NCBI RefSeq assembly: GCF_964355755.1
Contig: NC_092678.1
Location: forward strand, 21,469,365-21,533,364
From: Antedon mediterranea
Taxonomy: Eukaryota > Animalia > Echinodermata
Reading direction: 5' to 3'
DNA length: 64,000 nt
Within the stretch, counting starts at the first letter, position 1. The number at the start of each line of letters is the position of its first letter. A program made the position numbers and the translations under genes. The notes under the pieces were generated by a model. The model searched no databases, had not been told where the DNA came from, and saw nothing but the letters and a program-made list of their open reading frames with translations. Of this stretch, positions 24,595 to 38,132 are shown piece after piece.

Positions 24595-24810
24595 ATAAAT
24601 ATCCACAGAGAGAAAACATACCGGTACTGTACATAACAAAAACCAATTGATAAATATCCACAGAGAGAAAACATACCGGTACTGTACATAACAAAAACCA
24701 ATTGATAAATATTCACAGAGAGAAAACATACCGGTACTGTACATAACAAAAATAAATTGATAAATATCCACAGAGAGAGAACATACCGGTACTGTACATA
24801 ACAAAAATAA
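24595..24810. repeat. 55-bp tandem repeat x~4 downstream of copy D
   Basis: ATAAATATCCACAGAGAGAAAACATACCGGTACTGTACATAACAAAAACCAATTG. About two units are present at the equivalent sites of E (~37785) and F (~47075). Confidence 0.85.
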
Positions 24811-25010
24811 ATTTATTCTGAGAAATATCAGACTATAAAAACTTTAATTTAATTTAAACATTAATCAATTATACTATGGTACAATTTCGAATCTTAACAA
24901 TGTTAGTGATTGTTCTAATTAAATTAGTAACCGCTTTCATCTTGTATAGTGTCATAATACAGCAGAGTGTTTCACGTCGCTAGACGTAATACCGTACGAG
25001 AACCTACTTA

Positions 25011-28000
25011 TTAGTTTGCATTGTCATCGTGTATAGTGTTGTATGATTTCATCTCTTGTTTTGTAATATTTCCATGTGACCATTCTTGTTGCTCTGCTTT
25101 TGCAAATATTAGAAAGAAAATCATTGCAAAAATATGGAAAGCAGCAATTATTCTAAACATCAAAGACCACTGATTGGCTGTATTCTGGAAAAAAACAAAC
25201 AAAAAAACTCAGATTTAAACTCGTAAACAGGACGCGTGATAGATGGTTGTTTCAATCAAACTTAATACTTACATCTTCTTTGATCAAAGCTCCAAGAATA
25301 AGTGGACCAATAAAACCAACCGCAGCGGCTCCAGTTGTTACCATTCCTACGATTATTTGCGAGTGTTCCTTTGATATCTCCATTATATTTGTAAATGTGC
25401 TCGTCGCATATATTCCACCAGAAGCAAACGCCACTGTAAGAAGTATAACAACGAATGCATGGTTTTCAAAGAATCCAATACAGCACAGACACAGGGCAGG
25501 TATTCCCATATCTACAAAAAAAGTCATGGAAATTTGTACCAAAGTTTATAATCATAAAATTTCTTCTGAGAATCATAACAGAATGTTAACATTTCTATTT
25601 CGAAATATTTCTGTATAATAAAAAAAATATAACGCAAAAGAAGGTGGGAATCTCCAAAAGGCAAGCCTGAGTTGGAGGAGTGTATCAATCAAGGTACGAA
25701 CATTAAAAAAACAAACCACAACAATTAACCGTTTCATCTTACGTACGATTATAAAAATTATAAAGCACTAAAAACGAGTAAATGAATTAAATCATAATAA
25801 AAAAAAAAGTTATGACCCTTTAATCTTACGTAAAATCATAAAAAACTTCCTAGTATTTAGAACATTCATGTATTCCCGCCGAATGATGACATCAGCAACC
25901 ACACCAGACAGCAGGGTAACTGCAAATTCCAGAATCGGTGGAATTGATGTTAAAATTGCAATCTAGAAGTACAAAACAAAATGGTATAGTCCTATTAGGA
26001 TCTCGCATTCTATGTTTCTGAAAATTAAAATTAACTGCACCACCGAAGGATGACGTCAAATAAAACAGGTCAAAGCGACACCAGAGCTAGTAGACTTGCC
26101 CAAATTCTGTATAGTAGTGATTGTCTTGTTTAAGTCGGCGTTTGGATTTTTGTAAACAGACTACGGAATTGTGAGCTCAAGTATTATACGTCTATGAAAC
26201 ACTATAGATGCAAAAATCTTTTTACAAATCTCGGTCTAGAGGTAGATGTAGAAAAGAAGTAAAAAACAAAAGTGACTGCAGATTGCTACTGGAAAATGAT
26301 ATAGGCCTATATTTATATATATTTCCAATGTCTTACAGTTAGAAACCATGAATAAATAAATGGACATAATTATTGTGTAAATGACATAAGTAAGACATTT
26401 TATTTTTGTGTTTTCCTAGGCTTTAGTTTATAAAAGTTGGAACAATAGTTTTTAATCTCCTATGCTGTCGTCAAATCCCTGAAGTTTAAGCAGAAAACGG
26501 ATAAATGGATAAAAAGAGATTCACTTACCTTTGTTGTATTAAATCCTAATAGAAATAAAAAAATTGGTTCTTCAACAAGTATGAAGTAAAAACTGAAACA
26601 GTACGCCGTGTAAGCAAAGATGAGAGACCACACTGCAGTTGATGTCAACATATCACACCATGGAGCCGGTATGCCCTACAAAGAAATACAGTTTGAATTG
26701 AATGTTGATCACAGCAAAGCAATCTAACAACTAACTGAGCTCACCTTACCAAGATAGGAACTCGCAACAGTCCTTTGATCTTATGTCTGGCTGCGACAAA
26801 TACCAACAGTAACTGTAATAATTTATTTAAAGTATCAACAGTTTTGCAAAATCTGATAGAGCTCGGTAGAGCATTCCATAGACGAGGAGCAGTAACGGTG
26901 AAAGCTCTGTCTCCCCATGAGTGGTGAGACTTAGGTTGATGTAGAAGCAGCGTATCACTAGAACGCAGATTCCGTCTGGGAACATACAGCCTAAGCATGT
27001 CAGAAATATATTCAGGAGCCATGCCATTAATAGACTTAAAAACAAAGAGTAATATTTTAAAAACAATGCGGTACCTAACAGGAAGCCAATGCAATGTTTC
27101 CAAGGTATTTGATATGTGTGCATATCTTGGTAGTTTTTTAACAACTCGTGCCGCTGTATTTTGAATCAGCTGAAGCCTGTTGAGTTGTTTTTGTGGTAGC
27201 CCATATAGCAATGAGTTTCCCATATCCAGTCATGAAGTGACAAAAGCATGAACAAGTTGTTTAGCTGCTGCCTCGTTAATAAACTTTCGAATCCTTCGGA
27301 TGTTTCGTAATTGAAAAGACGACGTAGAAATAGTTTTTGAGATATGAGAAATCATAGTCATACCCGCATCCATTTCAACCCCTAGATTTCTAACCTGCCT
27401 AGCCGGGTCTATTTGGGTTTCACCAATGTAAATAAAACTTGGTGGCAGTTTTTCCAACTGCAGCTTTGATCCAAAGAGAATATATTCTGTTTTTTCATCA
27501 TTTAATTTAAGAAAGTTGTTTTTCATCCAGACACGCAATTCATAGATACAATGTTGGAGCAATTCCAAAGAAATGTCACTGTGTGTCATTGTAGGTTTAA
27601 AAGAAATATAAATCTGAGTATCATCAGCGTAAACATGATAGTACAGATCATATTTACTAATGGTATCCCGTATTGGGTGTAAATAAATTGTGAACTATTG
27701 CGGCCCAAGAACAGATCCTTGTGGTACCGAAAAGTTTTAAAAAGAAGCTTTTGAGATAGCATCACCAATACATACGTGTTGAGGCCTTTTTTCCAAATAT
27801 AACCGACACCAATCAAGTGCTTTTCCTTCAATACCAATATACGTACTGAGTTTATTTAACAACACGGATGGTCAACCGTATCAAATGCTGCACTTAAGTC
27901 TAATAATACTAGAGCAGTTAGCTTTCCATCATCCATTGCACGTAGGATATCGTTATTTACACGAAGTAATGCAGTTTCAGTACTATGATGCACTTTGTAG

Positions 28001-31000
28001 GCAGATTGATACGGATCAAGTAGACTATGGTTTTGTACATGCGACAATATCCGTTTAGAAACAACCTTCTCAATTATTTTTCCTAAAAAACCAAGATTCG
28101 AGATAGGTCTGTAGTTTTTCAGATTCTCGGAATCAAGACCTGTTTTTTTCAATGTGGGTCAAACATGAGTGACTTTAAGAGACTCTGGGAAAGAACCACT
28201 TTAAAGAGACTTATTTACAATATGTGTGATTAATGGAATAAATGCAGAAGTACATTTCTTTATCAGTGAAGTTGGTACCGGGTCAAGTGCACACGATTTT
28301 GAGGGAGAATTTTTGACAATATTGAAAATTTCCTCCTCACTTGCAGGTTCGAACTGAGAAAACTGTATGGACCTAGTTAAATCATAAGATTTATTTATAT
28401 TTATACATTTATCAGAAGCAGTTGTAACTTCTGCTGTATTTTCATTTTCTAATCACGAATTGATTTAATTTTATTTATAAAAAATACAGAAAATCTTTCA
28501 GCAAGAGCTTCATCTGAGACAGACGAAGGAAGGACTGATGACTTGGAACGATGTAAAAGTTTATTTACTAAATCGAAAAGTTTCTTTTGATCACCTGTAC
28601 AGTCACTAACCATACTAGAGTAATACCGCGTCTTGGCCTTTTCAATCAGTCCATATACATCTTTGGTCACAGTATTCCTGTCTATCCTTAAGAAGCTTTG
28701 ATTTCATCCACTTACGTTCAAGTTGACGACGTAATTTCCTTTCAGATCGAATTTCATCTGTATACCACGGTTTAGCTTCCTTTTGCCTAATTGTTTTTTT
28801 CTGAACTGGCGCATCTAAATCAAGTACAGCTCTGAGATGAGAATAGTTTTCTACACTATCTTCAAGAATCACACTTACATCGGTTATATTAGACACACAA
28901 GCTTGATTGTCATTTTTGAATTTCTCAATATCAATTTGTTTTAGGTTGCGACTTTTTCTTACTGTGTCTGTTAAGGGGCGTGGAATTGATCGTGTCACAG
29001 ACACAGATAGCCATTTGATTCCTGAAGTTCAGCGTCCTGTTGTTAGATTGCATTAATCACAACAAAATAAATGAAGGAGTAAGTCAACAGTGTACTACAC
29101 CAGTCGCCTTAAGCGATTGGTTCCCACGAAAAGACGCAGGCGCATGGGTCGGGCGCTACAATCGTATTCGGACAAATCGCGTCCTGATTGGAACTTGCTG
29201 TGCGCTTTCAAGAACGAAGCGTTACGATGATTATAACAATGCGTCATATTCATTACCTTATTACTTGAGACTTTACCTTATTTTCTTCAAGTTGAAAACT
29301 TTTCAAATATTCAACCTCATTCGTTGAAACATAAGGATCGTCAACCGGGTCGTCGTAAATGAAAGTTTTGAATATTATTGCGAATAAAAAACCAACGGTA
29401 CCTAAAAACAAGAAGAAAATGTTTTTTTAGAAAAAAATTTGATAGTGAAAAACTAGTTGTGCTTACTGATTTGCTATATTAAACTAAAGCTTTGTTCCCA
29501 CAAGGACGCAACGCAAAATAATATACAATGTAATTGAGGAGACCTCAACCTATTGGGGGGGGGGGGGGGGAGTAAAAACTTACCGAAAGTGTAGTATGAT
29601 GTCGGCCATCCACCTAAACGGGAAAAGTCAGAAATCCACGTAGATAGTGGGTAACAGAAAACTTCAGCTATACACGAGCCTGTAAAGAAAATAAACGGTA
29701 TATAGAGTTTGATTTCATCAGGTTTCGATTTAACCCTCGTTCTAAATATCCTTCTGTCCCTCACATCGATCGTTGTTTCAACTTTTAGCTTTTACAATGT
29801 CAGTTGCCTCTACAAGGCGGGAAACAGATTTGATTGTGTGAACAAAGAGAGATTTCTTTTTTCTAAACTTTAACATTGGTTCCTACTACCTGGGACTAAC
29901 GCGATGACGTAAGCGCAACGCAAGTAATTTGACAAATCACAAGCGATGGATTATTATTACTGTTAACTCACGTCTCGTGTGTTACGTATACGTCTTTTTT
30001 AGGCAGAATGATTTCCTCAATCTACTCTAATAATCTAGGCCATAGGTTTCTGCTACGCCATGAGTCGAACTTACCAGAATATGCAATAGATACTAATGTA
30101 CTCCGTTCAGACGGAACAAGCCATTTTCGTAAAGTGATGTATATCGCTGGCATGGTTAATCCCTGAAAGTAAAATATCTAAAATGATAACGTTTCCAGAA
30201 ACGTATTACCGTTACGCAACACATCATGTAGTCATTTTATGGTGTTTTACGTTTTGGGGGTGTTAGTAACGTACGTGTTACGCACTATCGCCATTGTCGT
30301 CTGAAACCTTATCGTTATAACGGTATAGTGTTGTTACGGTAAATAATGCGTAAACGTATGGTACACAAGACACACATCACATTATTTTCATTGTTTATTG
30401 GGTGTGTTGCGTAATGTTGTTTGACGCACTACAGCCATTGTTTTCTGAAAGGTTTTTGTGTGTGAGCGCGCGTGTAAATAGTGCGTAAACGTTACCGTCC
30501 TTGTGAAAATGCTGTAGTACAAAACTGCAAATATCTTGGATACTAACTTCTATGACGCCTTGTAAAACCCGTACGATGGTCAGAAGACTGGTTCCAACGC
30601 CGGCAGCCCAAGGTATCATGGCAGACAGTAAACCTTGCAACAGAAGAACTATTACAATTGATCGTTTTCCGCCAATTTCACCAGCAAACCAACCGCCCGG
30701 CAGTCCGCCTATTATATAACCGTAAAAAAACGATCCAAGTATTTGCTGTTGTGTTTGGTCGTCCCAATCATAGGTTGGTATCTGGAGAACGAAATCGTAA
30801 ACACAGAACATCTAATCAATATAATGTGTACAACATGTTTTAAACTAATAATTTACACGGGATTAGATTTATTATTTCCATTTTATCTAAATCAAAACCG
30901 ACCATAACTCAGAAAATTAAACTTGTTTGCAAGGACCGAAATTGTGTTCTAGAGAACGAAAACGTAAATACAAACAAGCAAATATTTCCTGTACTGTATA

Positions 31001-34000
31001 TCTATAAAATGAAAACGTAACCGAAATTTGTGTTGTTTTATAGTTTCAATGTTTATAAAAATCTCTGAAACCGATCTCATGACATAAATCAGAAAACTTA
31101 ACTAAACGAGTTGTATCACCCACTTACGTAACAAAAACCAACCACTAATGTAACAATCCATTTACCACTAACGTAACAACAGTCAGGGGAAAAATATTAA
31201 GAAATCGTAAACATTAAAAAACTCTTTATCATCATATGTTTTGTTTCGAATGTTGGAAATCTAGATCTCTCTAACGTCAGATCTCTTTAATTGGATAAAT
31301 AATGGTGTTACACGTATATAATATATAAATTTACGTAAGGGCAAAATTCGGTAAATTGCGCGCTACTTCTAGAATTTTTATTCGATGGTATAAAGTTGGT
31401 TCACTCTTTTGGTACTGATTTTAACCACCTGATGTAACCCTGTTTACTAATTAAGTTGAGTTAGATAATTAATTATTGACGAATAAAACGAATTTAGGTT
31501 CAACGATTTGCCCCAAATAGGGGTGTTTTCCGATCGTGGTATACACTGTCTAATGGATGTCCATCTTGAAAAATATCCGCAAAAATGATACGAGGATGCT
31601 TCGCATTTACCTATCTCCTCCGATAATTGTTTTTAATAGCTGGCAATTGGTTAAACAGCTCGAGTATTCCACATTCCACATTTATTTAGTCATCAATGTT
31701 TTTTAGAGCTGTATCCGAGTCCGATATCATTAAATACATTAATGACTTAAATGTAAATAAGTCAAGTGGTTGTGATGACATAGGTACCATTTATATAAAA
31801 AATAACTCAGATATACTGGCTAAACCGTTATCTCATATAATCAATGTATCCCTTCAATCGGGTGTATTTCCTTGTCAACTAAAAATTGCTAAAACAATTC
31901 CTGTGAATAAAAAAGGAGCAAGGGAGAACATAGAAAATTATAGACCAATATCGATATTACCATGTATATCTAAGGTATTTGAAAGGGTCGTATATGACCA
32001 AACAATCGCTTTTTTGTGTAAATATGATATGTTACATGAATCTCAATATGGATTCAGGGCAGGTCATTCAACTAACCACGCCCTCCTACAAGTCCTTGAT
32101 AAAATAACAACAGCCGTTGACAACAAGCAATTTATGATTGGCGTATTTTTGGATTTATCCAAGGCGTTCGATTCGATAGATCATGAATTATTGCTCACAA
32201 AATTGCCCCATTATGGAATAAGAGGCGTGGTTCTTGATTGGTACCGAAGCTACCTTAGAGAAAGACAACAATTCGTACAAATTGGGAAGTGTCAGTCTGT
32301 AACCAAAATAATAAAACAAGGCGTTCCACAAGGGTCAATCCTTGGACCCCTGCTGTTTTTGATTTTCATAAATGACATGTTTTCTGTAAGTAATGTCGTT
32401 GATTTAATAATGTTTGCAGATGATACGAATATGTTTTTACAACACAATGATATCGTCACTGCCTTTACAATAATGACAAATGAACTAAATAAAATTGAGA
32501 AATGGTGTAAAACTAATAGATTAACTATTAATACAACCAAGACTACGTATATGTTATTTAGTGGAAAGAATACCAACATTGACACATCCCAATTTGTACT
32601 TTCAATAAATAGAGTTTCAATAGACAGAGTACCATATACTAAATTTCTCGGTGTCGTCATTGATGAGAAACTGAACTTTAGACACCATACAAATGCAGTT
32701 TCTTGTAAAGCATCCTCAATAATTGGTGCCATGTGTCATATAAAAAAATTAGTATCTACTGAAGTGTTACTTACCATATACAAGACACTTATATTACCAG
32801 TGTTGACATATGGTATTATTGTATGGGGTGCGGGGAACAAAGACAATTTGGATCGCCTTCTATTGCTTCAAAAAAAAGCTCTTAGGATCATTTGTAAGGT
32901 AGACTTTCATCATCCCTCTTCTCAGCTCTTTGTGAAAACGGGCACATTTAATATATTTGATTTGTATAAAAACAGTGTTTTAAATTTTATGTTTAAATAC
33001 CAAAAAGGACAACTTCCAAAATGTTTTAATTCTTTATTCAGTTTATTTGATAATTATCATACATATAACACTCGAAATAAAGACAATTATTGTATAAAAT
33101 TAAAATCAACTAATATGGGTCAGCAAAGTATAGCATATAGAGGACCTAAGCTATGGAATCAACTTATAAGAAATATAAGAGAGAGTGAAAATATATCAAT
33201 ATTTAAAAAACTATTACTAAATAAGTGCATTAATAGTTATAAAGAAACAATATATCTATGCGAAAACAACATTTGTAAAATATGTCTAACTTTAACTTAA
33301 TTAATTACAATTTTGTATATATTCTGAGACTGATGTATATATATATGTTATATTATAGTACGTTGTATTTTCCTTCATTTATTTACTACATGAAAACATT
33401 TTTTGTAATATATTTGTAAATTTATATTTTAAGTTAGGGTGCCACAGATTAAAAGCTTTGCTTGCTTGTGGTTATCCTGTTTTTCACACTTTATTGTACT
33501 TAATCTTTTATTTATATTTTTAAGAATGTTGTGTGAAAAATAAAAGAATCAATCAATCAATCAATCAATCAATTACAGTACATCATAATTACAGTACAAC
33601 TGAGAACAGGGATCCTGCATAAAAAAGCTGTAGCTTCGTTTTTTTGTAGGACCCTTTTACATAAGAACAAGTATATAGAACTTAAATAAACAAAGGTGTT
33701 GTTAATCAGCATATAGTGATAAAAAGTATTTTTTGACCTGTTTTTTTATACATTTATTTTGTTTCTTTAAGATAACCGGTTTATTACCACCATTACAAGT
33801 GAATTCTTTCCACAATTTTGGTCCATATATGTGTATAAACTGTTGACTGCAAGTTATTCTTGTGAAGGGAATTTCGAATTCAGTTTCTGTTCTGAGGTTA
33901 TGAGTAGGCCTAATACTGTCACAGTAATTAAAAATATTTAAAATGTGATGTGGTAATTCATTGAATTTTACGTTTGCCATAAATTCTATGACGTTTACTT

Positions 34001-37000
34001 TGTAAATATCATAAACGTTTAATATTTTTAGTTTCTTAAACAGTGGCTCTGAGGCTTGTCTGGATTTAGAGAAGGTAATGCATTTTACAGCTCTCTTTTG
34101 GAGTTTTAGTATTACTTCTAACGTGCTCTTGTATGTATTTCCCCATATTAAGTTACCATACTGAAGGTGAGGTAATACTAAGGTGTTATAAAGACTAATA
34201 CGGACTTTATGAGGAAAGAATTCTCTTACTTTTAAAAGTATACCAATTGCCCTAGACATTTTTTTCCTAATAAGCTGTATGTGATGTTTCCAGTTAAGAT
34301 TTTCGTTTAAAATTACACCTAGAAATGTCACATTTTCTTTTCTATGTAATAACACATTATTCATTTTTATTTTAAACTGGTTTTTGTCAAAGTTCTTTTG
34401 GTTAGTTCTAAAAACAACGTAATTAGTTTTGCTGACATTCAGTAACAGCTTATTTGCTTTAAGCCATACGTTTATTTTTTCTAGTTCAATATTCATAGTA
34501 TGGTTTAACATTGTAGGGTCATCTCCCCTTGTTATACAAGTTGTGTCGTCAGCAAAACTAATTATATCTATTTTACTACTTGCTCGACTTATATCATTGA
34601 TGTAAATTAAAAACAAAAGTGGTCCTAAAACAGAACCCTGTGGCACCCCTATATTGGTGTCTTTTAAACATGATGATCTACCGTTGGCATAAACATATTG
34701 TTTGCGGCCACTTTAATAGTAGAGCACCATAATGTTGAAGACAAGTCGATTTTCTTTAAAAAATACTATTTTGATCGATTTAATATACGTTTATACAAAC
34801 GTATTGCTTGGCGATGAATGGAACATTCCAATCTCTCTTCCAGGTATTTTTACTCGGGGTACCCAAGTCTAGGACTCACTCATCTTCTCCTCTTCTTCTT
34901 CCTCTTCTTCCTCTTCCATCAGGACACTATATATTGAGCCAACTTCCAAAGTCCTACTAGTTCTTTACGCGTCGTCTGACGGCTCTGAAACATGGCATGC
35001 ATATACTAGGGTAATAGGTGAACAAAGCTATAGAGAGAAAATGTTCGTACTTCGAGTGGCGGATGGAGAAATATGACGTCATAAACATGGTATCAATCGG
35101 AAAAAAAGTGCGATTTATAAAAAACTACTCCTCCCTTCTTATAACGTCGTTACAGCTTCTTTTGCTGTACCCCGAGTATCGCACATTCGTGCTTGTTTTA
35201 GAGATAACAGATAATAAGCTAGCGTTTAGTCGCCGTCTATATCTGTACAATCAACTTTGTTATTGCAGTTCAACCACCACCACCCACACCACCACCCCTC
35301 CCCTCAATGTCATGAGTATAGCGTTGTAAAGACAGCACTTCATATTTCAGACACGGATAAAATATAAAATTATTATAATATGTAACACTGAAAATGCTAT
35401 TAAGACCAGTAGAGTATGATTATATATTATATATAATATTCCTTGTTGTAAGAAAACAATCCATGTTTGATACGAATTTTATAAATATGAAGATAACAAT
35501 CCATCATAAAATAATGAGACAGGAATGTCGCACAGGCCGATACCATGCAATACAGACAATTCAAGTCTAAAGTTTATTTTTAATTTAAAATTTATTTATT
35601 TATTTATTATCTATTTATTCAATTTCTGCCATATACATTACAAAGAAGACAAAATAATTATAAAAGGAGGCACGGAAAAACCAAACAAGTGCTAAACACC
35701 TATGCTAGTTTGTCAACCCAGAACTCAGAATTCTCATGATGGCAATTATATTTGGCTACAGATTACATCGTGTTGGATTGTATTCATTCGCTCTGTGTTC
35801 ATTTTTACAATTTCCAGTTAATTATTAACACTAAATTTCAAGAAGCCATCTGGGCAATTGATAAAGCGTATGTATACATTTACGTAAGGACGTAGGTTTT
35901 TATAGGACGTATTTAGAGTTTTATTCTTATTCGACGGACATTTCATCACGCTTAACCTTTTTTCTCAATAATTTAGAAAGTGGGTTTATACTTTCCGTAC
36001 TAGATTGTATCAGCAATCAGAAACCATTAGGCCTACTAATTAAGTTGAATTAGATATTTATTGATGATTAAAGACAAATTAGTTTAAATGATTTGCCGCG
36101 AAGATAGGTGTTTTTCACAACTGTTTTACATTATATAAACACATAATATACAAATAAACTTTATTACTGACAGTTGCTTCTCAACGTTTGTATTAATTAA
36201 TACTGCAATTGCAAAAAAATATAAACGTCGTAGTGGTGTATCGTTACATCCTACTTTTACTATTTCAATCGAATAAAAAACACACAGGATTTAAAACAAA
36301 AGAAGAAATTTCCAACTTAAAGGAAGTTCAAACATATTTCAACATTTTCTACTGTTGCTACGTTTGTGGTTACATTTTGCTACGTTAGTGATTAATGAAG
36401 TTGGTTACGTTAGTGGTTAAACTGTTGTTACGTTAGTGCTTAGATTTGTTACGTTAGTGGTTAATGAAGTTGGTTACGTTAGTGGTTAAACTGTTGTTAC
36501 GTTAGTGCTTAGATTTGTTACGTTAGTGGTTAATGAAGTTTGTGACGTAAGTGGTTAAAATGTTGTTACGGTAGTGGTTAATGAAGTTTGTTACGTTAGT
36601 AGTTTAACTGCATGTTGTTACGTTAGTGGTTGATGAAATTGTTACATTAGTGGTTGATTTTTGTTACGTTAGTGGTTATATTAATGTTACGTTAGTGGGT
36701 GGTGATACACGAGTAATTATTATTTATTTTTTTGTTTCTTAATTTATTCTGACATAAAATCATAGGATAAAAACACAATAAAGTACCGATACGGTAAACT
36801 TATTTCCATTGTGGTCCTAAACAAATATTACAGAATAAACAAGAAAACCACACTTAATTAAACATAATAAAACATACAAATGTCATCCATGACAGAATTG
36901 AAAGAAGGCCGATGGCTTGAGCTTACCGAGTTTGTTGCACTGGCATTCGAAATCTCATTACATGTATTATTTGATTCCAATTCTTCTGTGGTGGCATTCC

Positions 37001-37103
37001 ATCTTTTTACCATGCTTATTATAGTAATGTTGATGTTCAATCTGGTACAAGTAACACAAATACAAGCTACACAACACGATACTGCTACAAAATATCGTTT
37101 CAT
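25011..37103 (-). CDS. SLC17-family transporter copy D, 9 exons, ~470 aa
   Basis: Exons 36927-37103, 30548-30781, 30075-30162, 29584-29679, 29277-29401, 26529-26675, 25830-25962, 25273-25511 and 25011-25184; lengths and phases are consistent. Confidence 0.87.
26825..28961 (-). mobile_element. L2-type LINE fragment in intron 5 of copy D
   Basis: Fragmented ORFs with KPWYT, NYRPISNL, QSAY..HSTETAL, LDLSAAFDTVDH, KLNDEKTE and LHWLPV.YRI.FK. Absent at the same site in E and F. Confidence 0.92.
31331..31666 (+). mobile_element. Dispersed TTACGTAAGG-starting element (same as the palindrome arm); resumes at ~34720-34830 after LINE insertions
   Basis: High similarity to 289-630. Further copies at ~42261-42640 and ~51659-52040; divergent relatives at ~35880, ~43734 and ~53136. 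Confidence 0.8.
31680..33572 (+). mobile_element. 5'-truncated CR1-type LINE with intact 534-aa RT ORF (31696-33300)
   Basis: NYRPISIL, QYGFR, LDLSKAFD, GVPQGSILGPLLF, FADD and KFLGV motifs. 3' stem-loop at ~33436-33480, AATAAA, (AATC)n tail. Confidence 0.95.
33575..34712 (-). mobile_element. 5'-truncated CR1-type LINE (RT C-terminal ORF 33702-34646)
   Basis: PQGSVLGPLLF, FADD, FLGV and GPKLW motifs. 3' stem-loop at ~33607-33655. Tail-to-tail with the preceding LINE. Confidence 0.92.
36350..36700. repeat. Subterminal minisatellite (GTTACGTTAGTGGTT core, 22-25 bp units)
   Basis: Repeated GTTACGTTAGTGGTT units. Also present at 44200-45080 and at 53590-53800/55108-55212. Confidence 0.85.
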
Positions 37104-38132
37104 TTTGAAACTGATTCGTATTTGAATTTAGAAGGAATGCGGATTGGAAGCTATACTGGTAGTAGTGGCTTGTTTTGTAGCATTTTATTATCTATCAAAC
37201 GTTAGTCGTTTGTGTTGAAGAAAGAACAATTAGGGACTTTACGACGATTATCTTGTGTTCGCTAGAGCGTAAAAAGGTCAGTCATTTTAGCCTAAAATTT
37301 AGCCAAACATGGAACTAATTGCAACAGAATGTTTGTCAATCAATGCGATGCATTTCTTTAAGGTCCAAGAACACCATACTAAAAGTCCCAACAAATTCTA
37401 ATAGGGAAAAGAAATGGCCGCCAACATTCAATAATTTGACATATGTTCGGACTTCTAAACGGCCTAGGCTATACGAATGCTTTAAAGTTGCAGAGTGGCC
37501 CGTGGGCTTTCATTCGAAAAAGGTTACAATTTGATTTATTGCTGTTATTTTGCATAATAATTCTATATACTAGCAGGTAGCATACTTTAAATGGCCGCTA
37601 AATGTGTTTATTGATCCTATTATCTCATGCTGGTTTCTGGTTTATATTATGACTAATGTTTCAATATACCTTTTTAAGTAGAAAGATATTTTGTGTCTTT
37701 TTGATAGGTGGTAAAAGCATGTTTAGAATGGTTCTGAATATCATAAATATCGGCCACCAGAATTAAATTTAGTTATCCTCCTTAACATACCGGTACTATG
37801 TACATAACAAAAATCAATTGATAAATATCCACAGAGAGAGAGAACATACCGGTACTATGTACACAACAAAAATCAATTTATTCCGAGAAGTATCAGACTA
37901 TAAAAACAAATTATTTTACAATTTTGACTCTTTAACAATGATAGTGATTGTTCTAATTGAATTAGTCACCGCTTTCATATTGTATAGTGTCTTAAGCTGC
38001 CATCAGCAGACGTAATACCACATGTTGTTTAACGTCACTATACGTAATATAGCCGGATGTTTCACGTCGATAGACGTGATACAGAGTGTGTTTTCAGGTC
38101 GCTAGACGTAATACCGTACGAGAATTTGCTTA

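Larger units (their letters stand above)
31112..36709. mobile_element. TG...CA inverted-repeat element with CGAGT TSD (copy in D, with nested LINEs)
   Basis: CGAGT|TGTATCACC...GGTGATACA|CGAGT. The left end is the inverted copy of the right-end minisatellite. Confidence 0.75.

Noticed and set aside
24924-25013. Stop-codon read-through into the relic C-terminus of copy D
   Set aside because: A second TAA follows the stop immediately, and a further TGA lies in frame.
25726-25830. Degenerate duplicate of the exon 7 end and donor, 87 bp downstream, as an alternative splice site
   Set aside because: The extension contains an in-frame TAA, so it could not give a full protein.
29040-29327. 95-aa + strand ORF recurring at 40034 and 49428 (likewise the ORF pairs 43285/52687, 41830/51228 and 40914/50312)
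   Set aside because: Recurrence is explained by recent segmental duplication. These ORFs are intronic or antisense, have no recognisable domain, and mostly use non-ATG starts.
31696-33300. 534-aa RT ORF as a domesticated host gene or retron-like system
   Set aside because: It is 5'-truncated, lacks the endonuclease, has a typical LINE 3' tail, and is absent from the sister duplicates.
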